A DNA stretch of 64,000 nt from Anthoceros angustus (Eukaryota; Plantae; Anthocerotophyta), in NCBI GenBank assembly GCA_010909165.1, contig MU008169.1, positions 434,001-498,000 of the forward strand, given 5' to 3'. Below the pieces are notes generated by a model that had not been told where the DNA came from, ran no database searches, and saw nothing but the letters and a program-made list of their open reading frames with translations. A program made the translations under genes and the position numbers. The first letter of the stretch is position 1. Each line of letters starts with the position of its first letter. Positions 36,522 through 48,530 of this stretch are shown piece by piece.

Positions 36522-39500
36522 CCCCTATTCGGTGATAGCCTCGGTATCCCTAATCGGCCATCCTATTCCCTATCTCCTTCTCGCCATGGGGTGGAAGGTC
36601 CTGGCCCCGCGGAATGGGTGGTCCAATCCCGTCCGACTTGTGGTGCACCCAATCGGATGATCCGTGAGGCGGGCCCTCCTCTCCGAGTTAGCTCGGTCGA
36701 CAACCGTTACCACGACGTCATCCTCCTCGCCTCCTCGGGTCCTTGGGGCCACCACCATTCGCTCCCCTAGCGTAAGTCGAAGGGGCTCCTCCTCACTGCC
36801 CGGCCCTCCTCGAGGTCTCTCGACTCCCCGAACTCGAGTCCGGCTTATTTCGGGTCCGGCCGGCTAGGTCCGACCTTGTCGGGGTCCGGACCTCGGTCCG
36901 GACTTACACGGGTCCGGACTGGTCCGGACGACACAGGTCCGGACTTGTGGTCCGGCCTCCTCTGGGTCCGGACAAAGTCCGGACTCACGCCCACCCGGTT
37001 TCCTCCTCACGGACTCCTCCGTGGCTCTCCTCAAGTCCTCCACAAAGGTCTCCGCATCCCGCTCCTTCTTCCTCCTTCCATGGTGAGGTGCGGGTGCTTA
37101 CCTCGCCGCATCCGCCGCTCCTGCTCGCTCCTCCGGTTGCTCCTCTCCGCCTCCGCTCCGTCATCTCAAACAGGCCACTAGGGTCCTGTCTGTCCCCGTG
37201 GCCTTCATCTCCTTGAGCCTTCCAGGTCCGTCTGCTGCGGCCGAGAGGCTTCTCGCCTTGGGCTCGGTGGTAATAGGCAAAGTCCGAATCGACTTGTTGA
37301 ATTGCCTCTTCCACGTGTGCGAGCACCCGATACTCCCTCCGCCATAAGTGTTAGGGGCGGCCGCCCGGCTTGGGCCACCTCTCCGCCAGATTTGACACTG
37401 AGCTCAGACACGCGAGGCTACAAGGCGGCCTCGGTCCGGCCTCCATCTCCTCCTTCCATGGTGAGGTCCGACTCACGCCCACCCGGGTTTCCTCCTCCTC
37501 CTCAAGTCCTCCGCCTCCGCTCCTCCGCCTTTCTCACCGGACCAGCTTCTTTCTCGCCCAGCTCGCTCCTCCGCTTCATTCCGGCCTTAGCTCGCCACTC
37601 CCTCTCCAGTGGCCGATACCGTCCGACTCGGACTTCCTCCACCTCCTTAGCTCGGCAACGTCCAACTCCTTGGATAGTCGCCGATTTTCCTCCGTCTTGA
37701 CGGAGCCGAGGCACTCTATTTCGTGCTCGAGTCGTGGATTCTCGTTGAGAATCACTGCCGCCGACGCATCTTGGAGTTGTAGCTCCAGGTGTCCTTCTGC
37801 CCCTCCATCCGCCGCCTCCTCTACTCCTGCACTGCTCCTGGAGATCTCCTATCTCCCGAGTGGCCTCCATCTCCTCCTGGCCCCTTGCTCGCCATGGCGG
37901 CCTTCGAGTTAGCCTCGGTCACTGCCGACTCTCCACCGGCCCGATCACGTCAGTAGTGATCCGGCCGCTCTTGCCGCGCCCGACTCCTTCGCCGCCTTTA
38001 CCTGGCCGCCCACTTGGCGCCTAGCCGGGCCGCCCGCCAGTCCCGAGCTCTCTGCTCCCGGGCCTCTTCCGCCTCTGCGCTTCCCTCTCGCAAAAGGTCC
38101 TCCGCCCGCGCTTGGGCCTCTGAGGCCACTGTCAGACAAGAACCTTGGCCGTCTGCTGAACCGCCGGGCCTCCGTCCGACTCACGCCCACCCGGCGTTTC
38201 CCTTCCTCGATCCGAGCGAGGGACTCCGCCTTTTCCTTTGCCCCTGGCCTTCACTTGCTCTTGAGTTCCACCATCCTCCTCGGGTGGCCTCCACTTCCCG
38301 GGTCTTCTCACTGTACACAGAGACCCCAAAGCATTCCGTCCATGACGGTAGCCAGACTCGCCGTGTTTCTTCCACGGCCAGTGAGGCCCCCACAAAGTCC
38401 GTAGTGGAGCCGGCATTTCTCCGCCAAGGACCTCCATACCGCCCGAGTAAGTCCGACTGGGTTCTCGGACCTAATCAGACCCTCGGGTCCCGAGTGGTGA
38501 GGTCCGAGTCTCACCCTCTTGGCCCTCTTGGCCTCTAACTCCTTTGTGCCCTCTTTCTCCGGGGCTCGGAGGAGGTGAGGGGGTCCGGAGCAAGCTCTTT
38601 TGCCCCTTCCGGGTCCGGACTTGTGGTCCGGCCTCCGCTCCTTGGGCCACGCCCCTTCTTCCTCCTTCCGCCTCTTGACCTCTTGCCACTGCAAGGTGGT
38701 GGGTACGCACCTTCCGAGGCGTGGCGGCACTTCCGCCTCTTGGCTCCCTGAGTTCGTCGGGGCTCGGCACCGTCGTGGTTGTTGGTCGTTGCCGCCGGAG
38801 CCGCCAACGCCTCCCACATCGCCTCCCTACTGCCCCGGAGGGGCACCAAAAGGAGGAAGGGGAATCTCCTCCCAAACTTCCCTGGGTGGTGAGGGGTTCG
38901 CTCACGTATGGAGTCCGGAATCCCTCGCCTCCTCCCGAGTCCGCTTGGTCTTGACGACCCCCACCTCGCGCCTTGCACGCCTACTCGGGGCCTCACCCCT
39001 TCCGAGCGCCGCTCAAGCTCTCCTCCTTCAGAGCTCGAAATGTCCCCATACATGAATCGTATGGGGTCACCGATGGCGAGGGCTTCGCTCCTTAGCTTGC
39101 GTGCCTCGATCAACCGGCGAAGATAATCCTTCCCATCCGCCTTCCTCACCGAGCGCATGAATACCATCAGTTATCACCAAGGTGATCCACCTTGGTGGCG
39201 AGTTCAATGGACAATGATCCGGGCTACCCTTACTCGACCGCCCAGATCGGATATCAACCATCCGTTGGTTGTCCGGCTGCGTTCGAGCCTCAAGATCGCC
39301 ACTGCCGGGCCCTATCTTCCCTTCGCCTTAAGGGGCTGCACCACGCCCCTTCTTCCTCCTTCGGCGGTTGTAGGCCATCCTCGGGACCTCCAAGGTCCAT
39401 CGCCTCGGGTCCTCCGGAGGTTCTTGGATCGGACCTCCTTGTTGATCGCCAAGATTTTTGCAAACTCCGGACTAGTGACGTTGTCAAAGGTCCGACCATT

Positions 39501-39850
39501 TGGAACACGCCCCGATGCCACTCGCACCACGCCCCTTCTTCCTCCGGCCAAGTCCGGATAGCGCGGGTCACAATGTTGCGCTCCACGAGGGTCCATGGCT
39601 CCCAGACTCGGCTTTTGGGTGCCATTGCTTTCTCCTCCTCTTCTTGTGGCACCGGGCGAGTCCGGCACGATGTTCCTCCTTCGCCGCTCACGCTCCAACC
39701 TTGACGGCGCGCCTAGTCGGCGCGCCCAAAAGATAGCCAGAGAGCCGGATTGGAGCGCAAGGGACTGTGAGGATTGTCGAGGTCCGTAAAATGACCTCCC
39801 TCCTGGCCGCGCTTGGAAGTATGGGCGGAAGGCGCCTCTTCGTTGTCCGA
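36522..39850 (-). mobile_element. Second, 5'-truncated unit of the same gypsy element (3' UTR plus accessory ORF)
   Basis: Largely collinear with 26269-30010, with many small indels and templated replacements. Confidence 0.88.
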
Positions 39851-42800
39851 ATCGACTTGTTGAATTGCCTCTTCCACGTGCCCGAGCACCCGATACTCCC
39901 TCCGCCATAAGTGTTCCGGAGCCGGGCGTGGCTTGTTGGGCCACCTCTCCGCCAGATTTGAGAGCCGTATCAGAGGCCAAGGCGGCCTCGGTCACCTCAT
40001 GCCATTGCTTTCTCCTCCTTCGCCGCTGCTTCTCCATTGCCACCATATAGCGCTGCCCCTTCCGCCTTTATTTATCCTTCAATCCTAAAAAAAAAACAGA
40101 AACCCTACTTATTTCTTAACTCCCCAGGGAAGTGCATAGCCCACAGCTTGGCTTCATGGAGAAGCGATGGAATTATGTGAGCCTGGGACTGGTGCAAGAG
40201 CGTGCTCGCCAGCTGAAGGACAAGCAACAAGGCGAAGGAATTAGAGCGAAGCCTCAGGATTGGGACATCGAATTGGTCAGGAAAGTGTATGGGCGCAGCG
40301 AGGAGGAAGCGGGTGGATTGGTGATTGAACCTCCTAAGAGGAGCACAACAACAGCAGCCCCGTCAAGTCATGTAATTAGGGAACCCAATGGCTGGTTGAC
40401 CTGAGAATTGGTATCCGCACAGCTGATGGGTTTGGCCAGATGGCTTCTTTGCTTCCTACAGCACAAGAAGTAGAATTATTTGTCTAACTATTTGCTGCTT
40501 TTTCTCCATGAAGTTGTCAAGGGTACAAGCATTGATTGGGGCCGAATTCTTTTTGACAAGCTGTGTGAGGAGAGGTTGAATCTGACCTCCTCTTCCCCTT
40601 GTCCCTCTCTAATTTCGCCATTCCTGGTTCACCTGTATGCGCACTCTAACTGTCTGCCGGAAGTAGAAATTGTGGCCTCCCTCCACATGTGGAAGCCAGT
40701 TAGGGAGGTGAAGTGGAAAGCGGATAGCCCAAGGAGGACATAGAGGAAGGATCTGACAGCTGGAAGTCCGCGGCGACAGGCAGTTCAGAAGAGGAAAAGG
40801 AGATTGCCACAAGCAAGAAGAGAAAGGCTGGGGGAGCTAGGCGAGGTTCAACGAAGAGAGGAAGGGTGGACGCGCGCGTCACTAGGTCGAAGGCGGGCGC
40901 CGTGCTGCAGGAAAAAGCGAAGAAAATGAAGGCCAAGCGGCAGATCGATTTGGCGGAGGAAGAGGCGCGGTCCAAGGAGGACAATTTTGCCGACCGGATG
41001 TATGACGAATAGCCCCTAAGAATTAGGTTGACCTCAAAGAACGGACCCCTCCTCAAGATGGGAAGAGATTTTCAAAGGAGCTCCTTTGGTGATGAGGTCG
41101 ACGCAGTAGTTGGTTAGGTGCGACCTTGCCGGGAAAGAAGGTGCCGGATGGGGATGGCGATGGCGCGAGGCCTCTCAACAAGTGGATCCGGGCAGAACCG
41201 ACACGCCCATGATCCGAGCTCAATGGATTTGCTAGATCAGCCGCTGGCACTCACCGCTCAAGATGGGCGATTTAGAAGAAGTGGTAAAGGCCCGATTTGA
41301 TGAGGGGGACGCTAAGCGGAAACAACTGGAGGAAGACAAGCAGGCCTTGGAGGAGATGAGGGTCAAAATTGAGGAGGATTTGCGCAGGGCCCAAGAGGAG
41401 TTACAGTCCATGACGAGTCAGCAGGAAGCGCTCATGGCCCAGATCAAGGATGCCCATGAAGCAAATCAAGAAATGCAGGGGGAATTGTTGCGAGCCCAAG
41501 AGCAAGAGGCGGCCTCTGGGGAGAAGGCCTTGAAGTTGGCGGACCGGTACAAGAGGGAGCGGGACGAGGCACGTGGCCGAGCTAGGAAGGAGAAGGGAAA
41601 AGGGAAGTGGAGTAGCAGGTCCACGACTGGGGTAGTGGAAGGAACTACCGGAGGAAAGGGAGAAGCAACAGGGTAGCTTAGACACCTACTGTGGTTGCGG
41701 AATGCATTTACGGTTATGGAGTTGCCATCATGGTAGTGGAATCGCCACCGTGGTCGGGCCCCTATCTTCCCTTCGCCTTAAGGGGCCTGCACCACGCCCC
41801 TTCTTCCTCCTTCGGCGGTTGTAGGCCATCCTCGTGACCTCCAAGGTCCATCGCCTGGTCCTCCCGAGGTTCTTGGATCGACCTCCTTGTTGATCGCCAA
41901 AAGATCTTCCGCAAACTCCTGACTAGAGTGATGTCAAAGGTCCGCACCATTTGGAACACGCCCAGATGCCACCCGCACCCCTCGCCTCCAGTCAAGTCCG
42001 GATAGCCGGGTCACAATGTTGCGCCCACGAGGGTCCATGGCTCCCCATCACCGGCTTTTGGGTGCCATTGCTTCCTCCTCTTGTTGCAGTCAGCCGGCCG
42101 AGTCCGCCGGGCACGATGTTCCTCCCGCTGCTCACGCTCCAACCTTGACGGTGCGCCACGCCTAAGTCGACCGGGCGCCCAAAAGATAGCGCCAGAGAGC
42201 CGGATTATGAGCGCAAGGGACCGTGAGGATTGTCCGAGGTCACGAAATAAATGACCTCCTCCGCTAGGAAGTAATCACGGAAGGCGCTGTCCAGAATCGC
42301 TGTGGGTCCGCATGGCTTACTCGACCCTACGCCCGCTTACTCGCCTTACGCCGCAGCCTGCGGGCGTGAATACCGCTATAACGGCCTGCAAGGTTACGGC
42401 CCGCATGCATGCCCGACCTCCACTGTGGCCGCCCACGCGCGCTCTGCCCTCACGCCCGCCTCCTAGGTTACTTTCTGCATTTATCCTATTTTGACTGGAG
42501 TGGGTTCCGGACTTATCTCATCTCGTAGTCCGAGCTTGCCATAGTGGTACCGGGTCCGTTGTTCACTCCAGAGTCCGAGTATACTCCGAGCCTCGTCCAA
42601 GCGCCACCCCAATTTATTCCTCCTTTCCGCCTTTATTTATCCTTCAATCCTAAAAAACAGAACCCTACTTATTTCTTAACTCCTCAGGAAGTGCATAGCT
42701 CATCTTGGCTTCATGGAGAAGAAGGAATTATGTGACCTGTGAAGAGCGTGCTCGCCAAATCAAGGACAAGCAACAAGGCGAAGGAATTAGAGCGAAGCCT

Positions 42801-45800
42801 CGTGGATTGGGACATCGAATTGGTCAGAAAGTGTATGGGCGCAGCTGAGGAGGAAGCCTGTGCAAGGCATACCCCGATTAGGTGCGAAAGGACGCCCAAG
42901 AAGGGCCGAGGTGGAGGTCCTTTGGGAGGACTTGTCACAACAAGCAGGAAGGAGGGCTCGTGGAGGCGTAGCTGGATGGAGGGCCAAAGTGCCAAGCCTG
43001 AGGAGGGTGCGAAGATAATGTAGGCAAATGGTAGTAGCATCCTAAGAATAGAACCTTGGATAGGGTGCCATACTGGACCTAAGATCGCTCGGAATTGTAG
43101 GCGCGCCTCTTCACATTTAGCCATTTTTAGGACCTGAGAACTGTGGGCTATGACGCCTAGCCGATGTAAAAAGGCGACCAGCCTCACATCGAGATAATTC
43201 CCCTCGATTGAGATCCCCACGCGGCTCGGTTGGAGATGTCCGATTGACAGAGGTGGGGTGCGAGACGCCCTAGGGGTGGTCGAGAGCTTGCTCCAACTGG
43301 GGAGGAAGGGCGATAGCGCCTTGCCGACAACGGAGGAGGAAACCGAGGGATTGGCGCGGGGCGAATCGAGCTTGCCATAGTGGTACCGGGGTCCGTTGTT
43401 CACTCCAGAGTCCGAGTATACTCCGAGCCTCGTCCAAGCGCCACCCCAATTTATTCCTCCTTTTCCGCCTTTATTTATCCTTCAATCCTAAAAAACAAAC
43501 CCTACTTTTTAACTCCCTGTGGAAGTGCATAGCCTACATTGGCTTCATGGAGAAGCTGGAATTATGTGAGCTGGACCGTGCAAGAGCGTGCTCGCCAAAT
43601 CAAGGACAAGCAACAAGGCGAAGGAATTAGAGCGAAGCCTCGTGGATTGGGACATCGAATTGGTCAGAAAGTGTATGGGCGCAATGAGGAGGAAGCGGGT
43701 GGATTGGTGATTGAACCCTCTAAGAGGAGCACAACAATGCAGCAGCCGCTCCGTCAAGTCGGGCGAATTAGGGAACCCAATGGTGGTTGACCTGAGAATT
43801 GGTATCCGTGACACCGATGGGTTTGGCTGATGGCTTTTTGCTTCCTACAAGACAAGAAGTAGAATTATTTGTCTAACTATTTGCCGCTTTTTCTCCATGA
43901 AGTTGTCAAGGGTACAAGCATTGATTGGGGCCGACCTTTTGACAGGTGAGGAGAGGTTGAATCGACCTCCTCCCCTTGTCCTCTCTACCCCGCCATTCCC
44001 CGGTTCACCTGCGCGCACTCTAACCACCGGAAGTAGAAATTGTGGCCTCCTCCACATGTGGAAGCCGCTTAGGGAGGTGAAGTGGAAGTGATAGCCCAAG
44101 GAGGACATAGAGGAAGGATCTCGATACCGAAGTCCGCGCATGGCCTGTAAGAGGAAAGGAGATTGCACAAGAGAAAGGCCGGGGAGCTAAAGGCGAGGTT
44201 CAACGAAGAGAGGAAGGGTGACGCGACCAGGTCAAGGCGCCACCGCAGAAAAAGCGAAGAAAATGAAGGCCGCTGCATCGATTTGGCGGAGGAAGAGGCG
44301 CGGTCCAAGGAGGACAATTTTGCTGACCTGGATACAGACGACGAATAGGCCCCGGAAGAATTAGGGTTGACCTCAAAGAACGGACCCCTCCTCAAGATGG
44401 GAAGAGATTTTCAAAGGAGCTCCTTTGGTGACAGAGGTATTCAGTAGTTGGTTAGGTGCGACCTTTGCCGGGAAAGAAGGTGCTGGACAGGGGGATGGCG
44501 TATGGCGCGAGGCCTCCTCAACAAGTGGATCTGCAGAACCGACCATGCCCATGATCCGAGCTCGATTTGCTAGATCAGCCGCTGGCACTCACCCAAGCAG
44601 GGCGACGAGAAGAAGTGGTAAAGGCCCGATTTGATGAGGGGGACGCTTTAAACAACCGGAGGAAGACAAGGTGCCTTGAGGAGATGAGGGTCAAAATTGA
44701 GGAGGATTTGCTAGGCCCAAGAGGATCCATGACGAGTCACAGGAAGCGCCATGGCCCGATCAAGGATGCCCATGAAGCAAATCAAGAAATGCAGGTGTGG
44801 CGCCTTTCGTGTGTGTGTGGAATAGGTGAGGTGATCCTAGGAACTCCGTCCCTAGGAATCGCAGTGACAGAGTATGGAGTGTAATAAACGATCCGTGAGG
44901 CAGAGATAGCCACCCGTGACGGAACCAAGGCTACATAAGGCCAGTTAGGGGTTTGGTGGGACCCACCTGGTAGTTGTAGCAATTACCTCGGTAGTGGTGA
45001 GAGCCACCCGTGGACTACCCCCGACCGCCGAACCATGCCTTTGAAGGATGCCACATCGCCTCGCTGCGCTCATGGTTGCCTCTGAGGTGGGTTCTCCAAC
45101 GCGTCGGTGGAGATTTCCGCCACCCCGGTAGTAGACTCCACACGTCACTGCTCCACAACCATGGTAGGGGTTTCCATCGCGGTCGTCTCTCCTTCACTCC
45201 TGTGGCTTCCACTACTCTCGTGGACCCGCCTCTTCCCTTTCCTTCTCCTTCCCGACTACCCGCGCCTGCCTGCCTCCCACTTGTACCGGCCTGCCAACTG
45301 GACCTTCTCCTTAGAGGCTACCTCTTGCTCTTGGGCCCGCCAGTCTCCCCGCATCTCCCGACGGTTGCTTCATGGGCATCCTTAATCCGAGCCATGAGCG
45401 GCGCAACAGAGGCGACATGGCATTGCGCTGGGTGGATCAAAGTGCTGTGGGTAGTCCACGGAGGAGGGGTAAGCACCTCATCTATGCTAGGGGTCCTATT
45501 ATGTTACGGGACACATGGATGAGGAAACTTATGTTCCTGGTCTATATGTGAATGGGGAATGCGTGCTTAACTTCACTGGCCCATGTGCGTGTGGAAATAG
45601 GAGGGACCAGGGCTTACCTTCTGCAAGTGAGGACCCGAAGTGGATACTTCTTCCACTGTGCCCGGGTGTGGGGATTGGCCCCCTATTATACGGAGGCGGT
45701 TTTGGAGGAGCTAACGGAGGAAGAAGTCCAGGCATGGGTGGATGAAGAGCCCGTAATCCTCAAAGAATAAAGGCGGAGTGGAGGAAGCCTGTGCAAGGCA

Positions 45801-46800
45801 TACCCCCGATTAGGTGCGAAAGGACGTCCAGCAGTGGCAGCGAGGTGGAGGTCCTTTGGGAGGACTTGTCACAACAAGCAGGAAGGAGGGCTCGTGGAGG
45901 CGTAGCTGGATGGAGGGCCAAAGTGCCAAGCCTGAGGAGGGTGCAAGATAATGTAGGCAAATGGTAGTAGCATCCTAAGAATAGAACCTTGGATAGGGTG
46001 CCATACTGGACCTAAGATCGTTCGGAATTGTAGGCGCGCCTCTTCACATTTAGCCATTTTTAGGACCTGAGAAATCTGGTGGGCTATGACGCCCTAGCCG
46101 ATGTACAAAAGGGGCGAATTGTGCCCCTCACATCAGATAATTCCTGATTGAGATCCCCACGCTGCCTGTGCCTGGTTGGAGATGTCCGATTGACAGAGGT
46201 GGGGTGTGCGAGACGCTCCTAGGGGTGGTCGAGAGCTTGCTCCAACCGGGGAGGAAGGGCGAGAGCGCTGGCCGACAACGGAGGAGGAAACCGAGGGATT
46301 GGCGCGGGCGGAATCGAGCTTGCTCTGTGAACCGTGACGCCCGAGGGTTCTTCTTCCTTCACCCTTGTTCCCGTAGTTGTGTTCAAATCAAGAGAGTGTT
46401 GAGTGGAGGCTGGAAGCTAAGATCGAGAGAGGGAGAGAGAGAGAGAGAAGGTCGGGTGAAGGAGAGATCGAAATCAGATGCGAGGTGTGAGATTGAAAGT
46501 GGAGTGAGAAGGAGAACGAGTTAGGAAGTGAACAGTGGAGATTTGTCTGTGTGGATGGTAAAACTCAAACCCAGCAAAGGGAAAGTGCACAAGGGAAATG
46601 CCGTGGAAATGTGGGTGTGGCGCCCTTTCTGTGTGTGTGTGGAATAGGTGTGAGGTATCCTAGGAACTCCCGTCCCTAGGAATCGGTGTGCGCATAGAGT
46701 ATGGAGTGCAGAATAAACCTGATCTGTGAGCAGAGATAGCCACCCGTGACGGGAACCCACGGCGCCGTGCGCCAGAAATAAGTTGCTAGGGTTTGGTGTG
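39850..46800. mobile_element. Patchwork of retroelement fragments in both orientations (post-pol spacer of the first family plus accessory ORFs of the second family)
   Basis: Segments recur. 29510-30430 reappears at ~41760-42700; 30265-30430 at ~43370-43535. The MEKRWNYVS..IDWG ORF appears at ~40146-41700 and ~43540-44790. RC-45780-46330-type sequence appears at ~42850-43370, and 46790-47240 at ~44945-45410. Confidence 0.8.
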
Positions 46801-46899
46801 GGACCCACCTCGGTAGTTGTAGCAATTACCTGGTAGTGGTGAGAGCCACCCGTGGACTACCCCTGACCGCCTGAACCATGCCTTTGAAGGATGCCACAT

Positions 46900-48530
46900 C
46901 GCCGCGCGCGCCATGGTTGCCCTGCAGGTGGGTTCTCCAACGCGTCGGTGGAGATTTCCGCCACCCCGGTAGTAGACTCCACACACTGCTCCACAACCAT
47001 GGTAGGGGTTTCGCCATTCTGCCTCCTTCACCTGTGAGTGGCTTCCACTACCCTCGGCCGTGGACCGCCGCCCTCTTCCCTTTTCCTTCTCCTTCCCGAC
47101 TGGCCCCGCCTGCCTTGCTCCCACTTGTACCGGCCCGCCAACTGGACCTTCTCCTTAGAGGCTACCTCTGCTCTTGGGCCCGCAGCCTCCCCGCATCTCC
47201 CGACGGTTGCTTCATGGGCATCCTTAATCCGAGCCATGAGCGATTCCTCACGACTGCCATGGATCAGAATTCCTCCTGCCCCGGTGAAATCCTCCTGGAC
47301 TTTGATCCTCGCCTCCTCCAGTGCCTGCTTGTCTTCCTCCAACTATTTTTGCCTAGGTTCCTCCTCATCGAATTTAGCCTTCACCACTTCCTCTTGTCGC
47401 CCTTGCACACCGAGCCAGCTGAGTGCCAACGCAGCCTGGTCCGGCATGTCCGACTGAGCCTGATTCATGGCTGCAAGGTGCGTACCCGAACTATCTTCAC
47501 CACATCGACCTCAGTCGCCAAGGGAGCCCCCTTGAAAATTTCTTCCCACCCAGGTGAGGGTTCCGTTGCTGGGGCTAACCTTAATTCTTCCGGGGCCTGT
47601 TCATCACCTCCATCCAGGTCAGCAAAATTGTCTTCCTCAGGTCGCGCCTCCTCATCTGACAAGTCAATCTGTCGCTTTGCCTTCATCTTCCTCGCCTTCT
47701 CCTGCAGCGCGACCCCTGCCTTCGACCTGGTGACGCGCGTGTCCACCTTCCCTTTCTTTGTTGGGCCTCGCCTGACTCCTCGGCCTTCCTTTTTCTGTCT
47801 GTGCCGACCTCCTTTTCTTCTCTAGAGCTTCCCGTTGCCGCAGACTCCCAGCTGCCAGATTCCTCCTCTATTTCCTTCTTGGGCTCTTCCGCTTTCCACT
47901 TCACCTCCCTAACTGGCTTCCACATGTGGAGGGAAGCCATAATCTCTATCTTAGGCAAACAGTTAGAGTGTGCATATAGGTGAACCAGGAAGGGCGAAAT
48001 TAAGGAGGGGCGAGGGGAAGGGAAGGTCAGGTTCAGCCTCTCCTCACATAGCTTGTCAAAAATAATCCTGCCCCAATCGATCCTTATACCCTTGACAACC
48101 TCATGGAGAAAAAGCAACAAATGGTCAGACAAATAATCCCGCTTGTGTCAGAAACAAAGGAGCCATCCGCCGCACTCCATAAGTCAAGGTAGACCATTTC
48201 TTGGGTCAACCATCCATTGGGTTCCCGAATTACTTTTGTCTTGACCAGAGCCGCCGCTGCTGCTGTCGTGCTCCTCTTCCGGGAGGGCTCAATTACCAAT
48301 CCTCCCACTTCCTCCTCGCTGCGCCCATACACCTCCCTGACCAACTCCACATCCCAATCCTATGGCCTCGCTTTGATTCCTTCCCCTAGCGACTTAGCTT
48401 CAGCTGGCGAGCACACTCTTGCACCAGACTTGGGCTCACATAGTTCCACCGTTTCTCCATGAACCCGAGTCCCAGCTTATGGACCATTGGGCAGTTGAAA
48501 TTTCCGCTGCGGCCTTGGGCGCCATGCTCC
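46900..48530 (-). pseudogene. Retroelement accessory ORF (putative plant-transposon-protein-like, IDWG motif, coiled-coil tail)
   Basis: HKLGLGFMEKRWNYVSPSLVQE, LLFLHEVVKGIRIDWGRIIFDKLCEERLNL..SLISPFLVHLYAH, and coiled coil LEEDKQALEEARIKVQE. Frameshifted. Confidence 0.6.
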
